This document shows, in pieces, positions 12,430 through 23,088 of a stretch of 64,000 nucleotides of DNA. How positions within the stretch are numbered: the first letter of the stretch is position 1; every line of letters begins with the position of its first letter. Under the pieces are notes generated by a model that made no database searches, was not told the DNA's origin, and was given only the letters and a program-made list of their open reading frames with translations. The stretch lies in contig CM075993.1 in assembly GCA_038087875.1 (NCBI GenBank), forward strand, positions 9,550,001 through 9,614,000, read 5' to 3'. This DNA comes from Malacoraja senta. Lineage: Eukaryota. Made by a program: the position numbers and the translations under genes.

Positions 12430-13437
12430 GACACCTACTCCAGCTGGTTTGAGGTCGACCAGCTGCACTCCCTCACCTCTTCGGCCGTGGTCGATAAGTT
12501 AGGCCATCATTTTTGCACTTTTGGCACCCCGGCCAGCCTGCAGTCGGACAATGGCAGCCAATTCACGAGCTCCGAGTTTAAAGCTTTCGCATCCAGATGG
12601 AACTTCCGCCATTTCACCAGTAGCCCTGAATACCCGCAAAGCAACGGTCTGGCCGAGCGCGCCGTCCGCAGTGCAAAGAACTTGCTGGAACAATGTCGCT
12701 TGTCCAACTCCGACTTCTATCTGGCCCTCCTCAACCTCCGCAACATCTCCCGCGACCCTGCCATGGGCTCCCCTGCTCAGCGGCTCATGTCTCGCGCTAC
12801 CAGACCACCGATCCCGGTGGCCCAGCGCTCCCTCATCCCCTCTGTCCTCAAGCCTGCTGCTGTTCAGGAACGCATTGCCTTTAGGCACGATGTTCAGAAA
12901 CGTTCCCATGACAGGTCCTGCCACCCACTGCCGCGCCTCTTCCCCGGCCAGGTGGTCCGCATGCAGACCCCCTCCGGTCATTCAAAGCTCGCTACCATCG
13001 TCGGCTCTGCTGGGTCGCCCAGGTCCTATCTCGTCGACCATGCTGGAACCGTTTACCGACGGTCCCGCCAACACCTGCGGCTCGTCAATGAGCCGCGGCC
13101 GCGTGCCGCGGATCCTTTTGCTCCCCCACTGCAGTTTCAGCACCCGGGCGATGCTCTGCCTGCCACTCCTCGCATGCCACGATCTCTACCCTCTCAACTC
13201 CTTCCATCCCATCCTCCTCCGGCTAGTCCTCACTCGCCTGCCCGCGCGCTGCCCGCTGCTGAACCCGCATCTCCTGCTTTTTTGCCATTATCTTCTCCGT
13301 CCCCTCCGGTTTCCCCCTTTCCAGTTCGTCTGTCCTCACCTGTGCCACTTCTTCCTGCCGGAAGGGAGGATGTCGAGATGCGAACCCGGTCGGGACGTGT
13401 TGTCAAACCGCCTGTCCGCTACGGTGATTTTGTTTAA
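12430..13437 (+). mobile_element. Ty3/Gypsy integrase core and C-terminus
   Basis: DTYS..., SDNGSQF, SSPEYPQSNGLAERAVR (D,D,E triad), RSYLV, YRRSRQHLR, RTRSGRVVKPPVRY. Confidence 0.88.
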
Positions 13438-13506
13438 CCGTTCTAGCGCATGAGACGTGGTCGCCCTGTCACTATTGTATTTGCCTTTCGTTTCCAAGGG
13501 GAAGGA

Positions 13507-13701
13507 TGTAGATGAGATATGCATGTGCCTTTAATATAGTTACCTCATCACTACTAACCACTCCCCATATCACAAGTATAATTACAACCTCCCCACCCAC
13601 ATATCGCTCTCTAGTTCCTGTGATACAGCTAGTGCCTTCTATAATGCTGCAGTATGAATAAAGGTAGTAAAGTAACGATGTGTCGTTAACGCTTCTTTAC
13701 A
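13507..13701 (+). mobile_element. Gypsy 3' LTR
   Basis: Follows purine tract aaggggaagga; TGTAGA...TTTACA termini; AATAAA at 13657-13662; CR1 resumes at 13702. Confidence 0.75.
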
Positions 13702-15344
13702 GGACACAAACAATCTTCCTGATATAGTAGTGGCCAGAGGATCTGGGGTGACGGAGGAACTGAAGGAAATCCACATTAGGCAGGAAATGGTGTTGGATAG
13801 ACTGATGGGACTGAAGGCTGATAAATCCCCAGGGCCTGATGGTCTGCATCCCAGGGTACTTAAGGAAGTGGCTCTAGAAATCGTGGATGCATTGGTGATA
13901 ATTTTCCAATAGACTCAGGATCAATTCCTTGACTAATCTTCTGGAATTCTTTGAAGATGTAACTAGGAAAATGGACAAGGGAGAGCCAGTGGATGTAGTG
14001 TACCTGGACTTTCAAAAAGCATTTGATAAGGTCCCACATAGGAGATTAGTGGGCAAAATTAGGGCACATGGTATTGGGGGTAGAGTGCTGACATGGATAG
14101 AGAATTGGTTGGCAGACAGGAAACAAAGAGTAGGGATTAACGGGTCCCTTTCAGAATGGTAGGCAGTAACTAGTGGGGTACCGCAAGGCTCGGTGCTGGG
14201 ACTGCAGCTATTTACAATATACATCAATGATTTGGAAGGGATTCAAAGTAACATTAGCAAATTTGCAGATGACACAAAGCTGGGTGGCAGTGTGAACTGT
14301 GAGGAGGATGCTATGAGAATGCAGGGTGACTTGGACAGGTTGGGGGAGTGGGCAGATGCATGGCAGATGAAGTTTAATGCGGATAAATGTGAGGTTATCC
14401 ACTTTGGTTGCAAAAACAGGAAGACAGATTACTATCTAAATGGCGTCAAGTTGGTAAAAGGGGAAGTACAACGGGATCTACGGGTCCTTGATCATCAGTC
14501 TATGAAAGTAAGCATGCAGGTACAGCAGGCAGTGAAGAAAGCGAATGGCATGTTGGCCTTTACAACAAGAGGAGTCGAGTAAAGGAGCAAAGAGGTCCTT
14601 CTGCAGTTGTACAGAGCCCTAGTGAGACCACACCTGGAGTATTGTGTGCAGTTTTGGTCCCCTAATTTGAGGAAGGACATTCTTGCTATTGAGGGAGTGC
14701 AGCGTAGGTTTACAAGGTTAATTCACGGGATGGTGGGACTGCCATATGCTATTAGAATGGAGCAGCTGGGCTTGTACACTCTGGAGTTTAGAAGGATGAG
14801 AGGGGATCTCATTGAAACGTATAAGTTGTTAAGGGTTTGGACACGCTAGAGGCAGGAAACATGTTTCCAGATGTTGGGGCAGTCCAGAACCAGGGGCCAC
14901 AGTTTAAGAATAAGGAGAAAGCCATTTAGAACGGAGACGAGGAAACACTTTTTCTCACAGAGAGTGGTGAGTCTGTGGAATTCTCTGCCTCAGAGGGCGG
15001 TGGAGGCAGGTTCTCTGGATGCGTTCAAGAGAGAGCTAGATAGGGCTCTTAAAAATAGCGGAGTCAGGTGATATGGGGAGAAGGCAGGAACGGGGTACTG
15101 ATTGCGGATGATCAGCCATGATCACATTGAATGGCGGTGCTGGCTCGAAGGGCCGAATGGCCTACTCCTGCACCTATTGTCTATTGTCCTGTCACTCCCC
15201 GGGTACGGTCCGCCTCATCCTGCTCCATCGCGTCTTTACTGGAGCTGAGGGATGCCCTGGATGGCCGGCGGAGGTCTCTAACCGGACGCAATTTCGGAGG
15301 GACTGAAAATGGCCCGGCCCAGCCCAGCTCAGCCCGGCCCGGCT

Positions 15345-15888
15345 CTCTCCCTCCTTTCCCCCCCACCTACAAACCCCTCTCCCCCCACAACCACCCCCGC
15401 CCACACACCCCTCTCCGCCAACAACCACCCCCGTCCACACAACACCTCCCTCCACAACCCATCGCCCACACCCATCCCCCCACAACCCCCCCGCCCACTC
15501 ACACCTCCCCTCACAACCCCCGCCCACACCCCCGCCCACACCACCCTCCCCGCACAAACCCCCCCACACCCATCCCTCCGACAACCCCCCCACCCACATA
15601 CCCCTCCCCCCGACAACCCCCCTCCGCCCATACACACCCACTGCCCACAAATACCTCCCTCCCCCACACACACACCCTCCCCCCTAACATATCCCTGCTC
15701 CTCCACTCCCACACCCCTCCCACCCACATACACACCTCCCCTCCCACCCCAGACCACACACCCCTACACCACCCTCTCCCCCCCTCCTACACCTCCCCGC
15801 CCACACACAACCTCCCTCCCCTCCTACCCCACAACTCCCCTGCCACACACCCCACTTCCCTCCCCCATCCCCTCCTCCCCTCCCACAC
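15345..15888. repeat. C/A-rich low-complexity tract within the Helitron
   Basis: Runs of ccccaca/ccctcccc with almost no G on the + strand. Confidence 0.9.
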
Positions 15889-16323
15889 ATGAAGAGGAGG
15901 GGGAGGGAGTGCTCGTGGATGAGGGAAAATGAGCCGTGCCTGCGCAGTTAGGGGCTATGGGTGAGTGGTGGAATATTGCGTTGGAGGAACGGGTTGCGTT
16001 GGGGGAAGGGGTGAGTGGTGGAATATTGCGTTGGGGAATGGGTTGCGTTGGGTGACCAGGGCTCCCGTGTGACTGAGACCCAACGGGTCCCACTTTGTCT
16101 AGTTCATCCCTAAAAGGCAATATGTACTCCTCAGTGTACCAGGGTTGATCCTCTGGTTGGATTTTAATGATAGAGTGAGGAATATGCCAGACCATGAGGT
16201 TACAAAGTATAGGCACAAAATGTTGGAGTAACTCAGCCAGACAGGCAGCATCTCTTCTCAACACTCTATCTGATCTGAAATGTCATTCTGTTACCCTCAT
16301 GATCAAGAAAGATAGGCACTTAC

Positions 16324-16507
16324 TTTTATGAAAGCTGTTGATATTTGGAAGTATCTTCTTCATAAATTGCTGAATAATTTCCTCCACAATTTGACGATCG
16401 CTGGTGTTCTTCACTGCGAATAGGTACTTCTGCAGCTGGTGAGTGTTTGAAAGGTTCCAGATGTTAGAATCTTGCTGCAGACGCTTAATGTTGGGGTGCT
16501 TGAATTC
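16324..16507 (-). CDS. hykk: hykk copy C, coding exon 3
   Basis: ttag|EFKHPNIKRLQQDSNIWNLSNTHQLQKYLFAVKNTSDRQIVEEIIQQFMKKILPNINSFHK|gtaagt; 184 nt; phases match the neighbouring exons; resembles recalled HYKK F.HP...FIWNL.N segment. Confidence 0.9.
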
Positions 16508-16904
16508 CTAATAATTGGACAAGTCCGTCACGCTCAACCATCACCAGTGCAGTTTTGAGGTAACTTCAAGAGAATTGTCAAGAAATTCTGTCTTTCTATT
16601 AAACCTTAACACCAATCAATCCAGGGTCAGATACTGACAAAGTTAGTCATGTTTAGAGGATAGATCTTTAAAGTGGATTAAGATGAACCGACCAATGCAC
16701 TTTAGATAATGGGAAATGTGAGGTTAACTCATTGTACACAACCAGAAGTTCAATACAAATGTTCACAACTCAATGTACAAAGCCACCTACCTCTGGCTAG
16801 TCCTTTCTCCCAAAGGCCCAACATTTATTAGGTTTCTACATCTACTGTGGCATTCTATTATAAAGCAAAAGCTTGTGGCGGACTATAAAAGTTCCACAAT
16901 GAAA

Positions 16905-17447
16905 TGTGTAGGAAGGAACTGCAGATGCTGGTTTACACTGAAGATAGACACAAAATACTGGAGTAACTCAGCGGGACAGGCAGCATCTCTGGATAGAAGG
17001 AATGGGTGAGTAGAATGCATACAAAGCATTCCAGGCTTTGTATATGCTTGATCATCAAGTACAGTTTAACAGCTTAACAGTCTACCCATTCGCTTATCGT
17101 GGACTATTGTTGTGACAGGCTGATATTTGCATATGCTCACTGGCAGTGACTGGGGAGAGATTATTTTTGGTATCTCGTTTTTCTTTTATTGTTGTTGTCT
17201 TGTTATATGTTGGCATAAGTTGTTTTTTATTTATTCTCCGTACATTCTGTCTGTAACAAATGGACAACTTTGCACTTTGCTATGTCCTGAAAACTAAATA
17301 TAAAAGATTTTGATTTAAAAAAAGAAGGAATGGGTGACATTTCAGGTTGAGAAGTCTGAAAAATGGTCACGACCTGAAACGTCACCCATTCCTTCTCTCC
17401 AGAGATGCTGCTGTCCCGCTGAGTTACTCCAGCATTTTGTGTCTACA
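16905..17447. mobile_element. Inverted pair of Penelope-like terminal repeats, interrupted by an insertion
   Basis: 16945-17009 and 17380-17447 are reverse complements of each other. Confidence 0.7.
17010..17322 (+). mobile_element. Retroposed 3' fragment with A-rich tail (L1-like)
   Basis: 15-bp TSD agaaggaatgggtga at 16995-17009 and 17323-17337; ends in gatttaaaaaa. Confidence 0.7.
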
Positions 17448-17673
17448 CAATGAAATGTCCCAGCTGGTACCAAAGCAATGTGGGGTTAATTGAACAATTT
17501 CCATATATCTTTCAAACAAAATATAGGAAAATACTAAAATGTTCAAAACTCTATAAATTTCAATTAATAGACAAAGACTGTCTGACACAAGGTCATTGAC
17601 CTGAAACTCTGTTTCCTTTTCTGGAGATACTGTCTGACCTGCTGAGCTTAATTGCAATACCTAAATACCCTAA

Positions 17674-18002
17674 AGGCCCCGTCCCACTGTATGAGTTCAT
17701 TCAAGAGTTCTCCCGAGTTTAAAAAAAAATCAAACTCGTGGTAAGCACGGGGAATGAACGTTGCGGGTATGTCGTAGCTCGGGGACGTCTCTTAGCGGCT
17801 CGTAACGCTAACGGCAGGTACTCGGGAAGACTCGCTAACGGCAGGTAAGCTCGGGAAGACTCGTGAAGATTTTACAACATGATGAAAAATGTCCACGAGA
17901 GCCCCGAATACCGACGAGCGGCCATTACCGTAAATCTCCGAGTTCGAATCAGGGCAAACTCGAGAGAGCTCTTGGATGAACTCGTACAGTGGGACAGGGC
18001 TT
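17674..18002. mobile_element. MITE of the GTCCCACT-TIR (Harbinger-like) group
   Basis: ~40-bp imperfect TIRs aggccccgtcccactgtatgagttc / gaactcgtacagtgggacagggctt; flanks TAA and TTA. Confidence 0.75.
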
Positions 18003-18321
18003 TTAGTGACTGATTATGGAGAGGCTTTCTTCTCCCCCTGCCTCTCCATAATCAGTCTGAAGAAGGGTCTTGATCCGAAACGTCACCTTTCCATCTTCTC
18101 TAAAGATGCTGCCTGATCTGCTGAGCGACTCCAGCAATTTGTGACCCTTTGTGTAAATAAGTAGGAAGCCTTTAAAAAAAAACTGCTTCAAAATGTTCTG
18201 ATTTCAAGATGCAAAGTAGTTCTGTCACCACAAGATGGTGCTTTAATTTGAACCACACAAGCAAACTGGTTTCAGACACGGCTTATTCAGAGAATGCTGG
18301 AACTAGAATAAATGGACTTAC

Positions 18322-18461
18322 TGTCAGAGCTTTGTTAATCTGACCAAGTGTTCGGCCAATTTTGTACAAGATCTGTGGGTCTGCAGGGATCTCCAGTAGT
18401 TGAGTTCCTGGCAGGTAGGTCAACAAGCGGACCATGTAGTTCTTATATTCTTCACCACAAC
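18322..18461 (-). CDS. hykk: hykk copy C, coding exon 2
   Basis: ttaag|..CGEEYKNYMVRLLTYLPGTQLLEIPADPQILYKIGRTLGQINKALT|gtaagt; 140 nt; contains the VRLLTYLPG motif of HYKK. Confidence 0.92.
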
Positions 18462-18628
18462 CTTAAAAATAAAGAACACAGTTTTCTTGTCATGTACTCT
18501 GTCTCTGTCTTATCCTTCCGAAGCTGAAAATATGTTTCTGATTAGTTTTAATATTTTCAGAGAATTATGAAAATGTGGACAATTGTCAAACATCTGTAAA
18601 TGCAGAAAAAACAATTAATGAAACTCAC

Positions 18629-18965
18629 TGATTGTCTCCAGGGACATAATCTTGCCATCAATGGTTGTGATTGGTGTGGTTGTAGGAAAACCTTTCTGGT
18701 TTAGGAACATCATGACTCGCGTTTGTGCTTCCACCAAATCAGCATCTTGGCTCTCGACAGTGTTCAGAACCTTGAGGACGTAGCTCTTCCCGTGATCTCC
18801 GCCTTCCTGGGTCTCGCACACCAGGACATGGAAGTTCTGGTCCATGTAACTGGGCAGTGGTTTGACTTTTGAAACCTTCAGACCGTACAACCGTCCGACC
18901 AACTCCACCACCTGGGCCTCACTCAGTGAGGGTCTGATTACAGCAGCTTCATCCGAGTCAGACAT
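18629..18965 (-). CDS. hykk: hykk copy C, coding exon 1
   Basis: ttcag|ATG MSDSDEAAVIRPSLSEAQ...GLKVSKVKPLPSYMDQNFHV...YVLKV...ETI|gtgagt; 337 nt; the four exons sum to 1137 nt = 378 aa plus stop. Confidence 0.92.
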
Positions 18966-20428
18966 CTGAAAGACAGGAGAAGAATGAAACACATTAAATA
19001 AGTGAATGTTGCACCCTGTGGAAACTGCAGTATGACCAAGGTTAGGGTAGCTGTGCAGCACAACAACCTTTAGTCAGTCACTGACAAACATCAATGTCCC
19101 TGATTGTTTTGGGATTGACACACACTACATGGTTCTTGATATTGAAAATTAAATAAAGGATTAAATAGCATGTAGGTTTACTTGTATTAGTGTTATTGCA
19201 TTTGTATATCAATGTTTGGAGAACGTATTGTTATTGATGATAAGAAACTAGAAAGTGCGCACAATTCCAAGGGTCAAAATCTGTATAAAAAGTTAACAGT
19301 TCTGATTGTAATTTCGGAGTAAAGTGACTGGGACAGTGCTGCTCTCCTTGTGTACAAGTAAATAAAGTGTGATGGCTAACCTTTAGTTTCACTATACGGG
19401 AGAACGACTGAACCTATCGCTGGAATGCAGATTTCTTCCTGTGTAGAGTAGTTGAAGTACGCATCACATTCGTTGCCGAGAGAGATATAGGGGGCAATTG
19501 CGGCGCCAGACAGGGAATAGCATTTGTGTCGGGTGGTTTGGTTAAGGATCAAGGTCCTGTCAGAGCCGCGAGCGTTCTGTGGGCTGGGTCCAGTGTGAGT
19601 GTGAATGAATATGATTGTAACTAAAATGGCCCAGACTCCCCAAGGGGACGCTAACAGCTACAAACAGAAATTATGGAGTTTAGAATTTCGAGACAAATTC
19701 TAATATTGTAGTATTAATTAGTTATGATGAATTGGTAGTGTTTCATGCTTTTTATTCAGACACAGTGTTTGTGTGGTATCGGAGTATTGAAGGGTCTGCA
19801 GACTTTCACTAAAAACTGAACATATGAGAACTAACAAAACAAAACAAAAACTATGGAATTCAACTAACAACTTTCACACAGAACACAGTGAACACACTGC
19901 TGAGAAAACACACTTCCTTATATGTGTGGGATGATTAGGATGTATCAAGTGCTTCCATGTCATAAAGGGATTTTCACAGTTGTGTTTGGGATCGTGTTGC
20001 CTGTGGCCTTGAGTTTGCACGCTGTTCTTTACCACTGTGTTCAACTGACATATTTTCAGACATTTAACCACTTTTTGAGTGAACTAACCCCCATCAATTC
20101 TCTGCAAACTCCTACAATTTGTAATTTGCAGATCGATCTGCCCCATCTGTCCCCCTAGCTGAACATGAAGCACGGGAACCCCTTCAACAGCGTACACGTC
20201 ATTCCGCAGGGCACAGTTTTTATAATCCAAGTCCTATAATAAATCAGAATTTGGAATTTGAGGTTCTAACTATGGCATTATTAATATTTTACATTTTCAC
20301 AGGCTCAGTCACAGTCATAGCATGGAAAGAGGCCCTTCAGCCCAATTCATCTCTGCTGACCAAGGTATCTTTTGCTCGTCCCATTGTCATCACCATGCAT
20401 TCTTTCCCCAGACACGCTTTATTTACTT

Positions 20429-21085
20429 CCCTTCCCTCCCATACCACCCCCTCCCCGGGTACTTTCCCTTGCAACCGCAAGAGATGCAACACTTGTCCCT
20501 TCACCTCCCCCCTCGACTCCATTCAAGGACCCAAGCAGTCGTTCCAGGTGCGACAGAGGTTCACCTGCATCTCCTCCAACCTCATCTATTGCATCCGCTG
20601 CTCTAGATGCCAGCTGATCTACATCGGTGAGACCAAGCGGAGGCTTGGCGATCGTTTCGCCGAACACCTCCGGTCGGTCCGCAATAACCAACCTGACCTC
20701 CCGGTGGCTCAGCACTTCAACTCCCCCTCCCATTCCGTATCTGACCTCTCTGTCCTGGGTCTCCTCCATGGCCACAGCGAGCAACACCGTAAATTGGAGG
20801 AAATGCACCTCATATTCCGCTTGGGTAGTCTACATCCTGGGGGCTTGAACATTGAATTCTCCCAATTCTGCTAGCCCTTGCTGTCCCCTCCCCTTCATCA
20901 GCCCTCTCGTTGTCTCCTCCCCTCCCCCAGCCCTCGGGCTTCTCCTCCGCCTTTTTCCTTTTTTCCTTTCTTCTCCCCACCCCCTATCAGTCTGAAGAAG
21001 GGTTTCGGCCCGAAACATTGCCTATTTCCTTCACTCCATAGATGCTGCTGCACCCGCTGAGTTTCTCCAGCATTTTTGTGTACCT
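20429..21085 (+). mobile_element. 5'-truncated Penelope-like retroelement (GIY-YIG endonuclease plus terminal repeat)
   Basis: NLIYCIRCSRCQLIYIGETKRRLGDRFAEH; 15-bp TSD acgcttta(t/g)ttactt at 20414-20428 and 21086-21100; empty site at 6669-6683. Confidence 0.92.
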
Positions 21086-21599
21086 ACGCTTTAGTTACTT
21101 GTGCCCAAGGTGAGCAGCGCTGTCCTTTCCGCACTGCTCTAAAATTCTGCTCGCAAACATCTGCCTTTACACAGATATTGACCGATTGAAATTTTGTCCA
21201 CTTTCTAATTCCTTATCACCAATCACAATAGGTTCTTAAAAGCATTAATATCTTTAAAAAAAAACTACATTCAGAGTCCGAAGAAGTGTCTCGACCCGAA
21301 ACGTCACCTTTTTCTTCGTTCCATAGATGCTGCCTCACCCGTTAAGTTTCTCCGGCGTTTTTGTCTACCTTCGATTTTTCCAGCATCTGCAGTTCTTTCT
21401 TAAACATGCTATTCAATTCTCTATTTGTATTTACTCTTAGTAAAGAGAACTCTCTTGGACTTATCATGTGTTGTTACAGCTGGCTGCGCATCAAAGGATG
21501 ACTCTCAAAAACCTTGTACTGTATGGTTCAACACATGTTCAATATGTTTAAAGTCAGGCATCCCCACATCAACCAAAACTAATTTCAAAATCAGCATGT

Positions 21600-21850
21600 C
21601 AAAAAACAGGCCATTGTTAGCCGTAGCTAGGTGAGAATGAAAGCTGGTGTGATTTGGGTGGGGGAGGGATGGAGAGAGAGGGAATGCAGGGGTTACTTGA
21701 AGTACCACTGGGCTGTAAGCTGCCCAAGCAAAATATGAGATGCTGTTCCTCCAATTTGCGTTTAGCCTCACTCTGACAATGGAGGAGACCTAGTACAGAA
21801 AGGTCTGTGTGGTAATGGGAAGGAGAATTAAAGTGCTTAGCAACTGGCAA
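21600..21850 (-). mobile_element. Penelope-like fragment (paralog of 5905-6170)
   Basis: LPVAKHFNSPSHYHTDLSVLGLLHCQSEAKRKLEEQHLIFCLGSLQP. Confidence 0.75.
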
Positions 21851-21962
21851 TTTAGCTAACATCTCATATTTCACCCCGTTCCCTTCCAACCATATCCCTC
21901 CCCACGACGTTACATTCTAATATACTCACACTTACTTTATTAGCCAAGTATGTTTCCCCTAA

Positions 21963-22060
21963 GGTACACAAAAATGCTGGAGAAACTCAGCGGGTGCAGC
22001 AGCATCTATGGAGCGAAGGAAATAGGCAACGTTTCGGGCCGAAACCCTTCTTCAGACCCT
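21963..22060 (-). mobile_element. 98-bp Penelope terminal-repeat insertion carrying a minimal hammerhead motif
   Basis: 14-bp TSD tatgtttcccctaa (21949-21962, 22061-22074); minus strand GGGT-CTGAAGA-A-GGGT-TTCG-GCCC-GAAA-CGTT-GCCT. Confidence 0.8.
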
Positions 22061-23088
22061 TATGTTTCCCCTAAAGAGGGTGGTGTTGCCTTACGATGGA
22101 TTCCGGTGGTCTGTAGCACAGAATGTGTAATCTTCACAGTCAGACAGGTGTAGAAATCTGCAGTCCTACTCTGAGCGCAAATCAACATGCACTCAAAACC
22201 TGTAAATACCACAGTAATGTGAATAAATATACTCAGTACATCTGTTACCACCCACATGAAAAAATGCTGTTTAACCTGCTGAATGCTTCAAGCATGTCTG
22301 GTTTTGTAACGATAGATCTTAAACACATGCATTTTACTGTCATAACATACCAGCTCTGTCCAATTGAAGGTACAGTTGCCTAGAATGTATGTTTGGTTGG
22401 GGTTGCTAAATTAGCTATTTAGCCGTATCTGAGTGTTGTTCTCTGCTTCAACTCAGGTTGGTACTGTGACTGCAGAGGAATTTCCACAGCATACATTTCA
22501 TTTTTACAGAGCAGCCCTCTGGGCAGACCCGAGCTAATGAATCTAGGAGACAAGAATAAGAGCACAGCACCAACAAATCAGGTACTAACACCTGGGATGA
22601 AACAGACTGTTCAACACCAGAACAACTTCAGGGAGTTATTTTGACCGCCAGCAAACAGTCAGAAACGTCCAATTTAAAGAACAGGTTTCTCCAACATCTT
22701 CAGTTGCCACACAGTGTGCTTCATCAGGGAGTGTTGTATAGATAAATAATGCAGAAAAAAAGGGTGTGCAGAATGATAAAAGTTGTATAAACAGGCCCCA
22801 GGTCTGTATTTTAATTCAGTGTTACAAAGCTGAGGACTCACAACCAAACGTTTACGTGAAGCATTCTTTCCTTGGCCATCACCGCACCATAAACAAATAG
22901 AAATAGGGAAGATGGAAGGGGTGGAAGATAAATGTACAGAGGAGGGGAAAGGAACAGAGTGATGGGTGGTGGGAGAAATATGTCTGTACTTTCAGGTTTT
23001 GTAACACTGAAAGAATTAGAATACATAACATTTCAATTTTCCCTCCCTCTCTCCCCTTCCGTCGCTCCCTCCAGCTTTACATTCTACT

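Larger units (their letters stand above)
12131..15186 (+). mobile_element. 5'-truncated, internally deleted CR1 LINE
   Basis: EPLGGTDHNMV (end of EN), [37 protein letters not shown]; stops and frameshifts; (ctattgt)n tail. Confidence 0.9.
11890..16102 (+). mobile_element. Non-autonomous Helitron in the last hykk intron, interrupted by CR1 and Gypsy
   Basis: A|TCTATACATAACTAAAAC at 11890; hairpin 16074-16092 then ctttgtCTAG|T at 16099-16103; the two halves rejoin through duplicated tcctgt (12125-12130, 15187-15192). Confidence 0.78.

Noticed and set aside
15131..15932. Pro/His/Thr-rich and Gly/Val-rich ORFs (also 23268-23836)
   Set aside because: Low-complexity tracts inside transposons, open in most frames.
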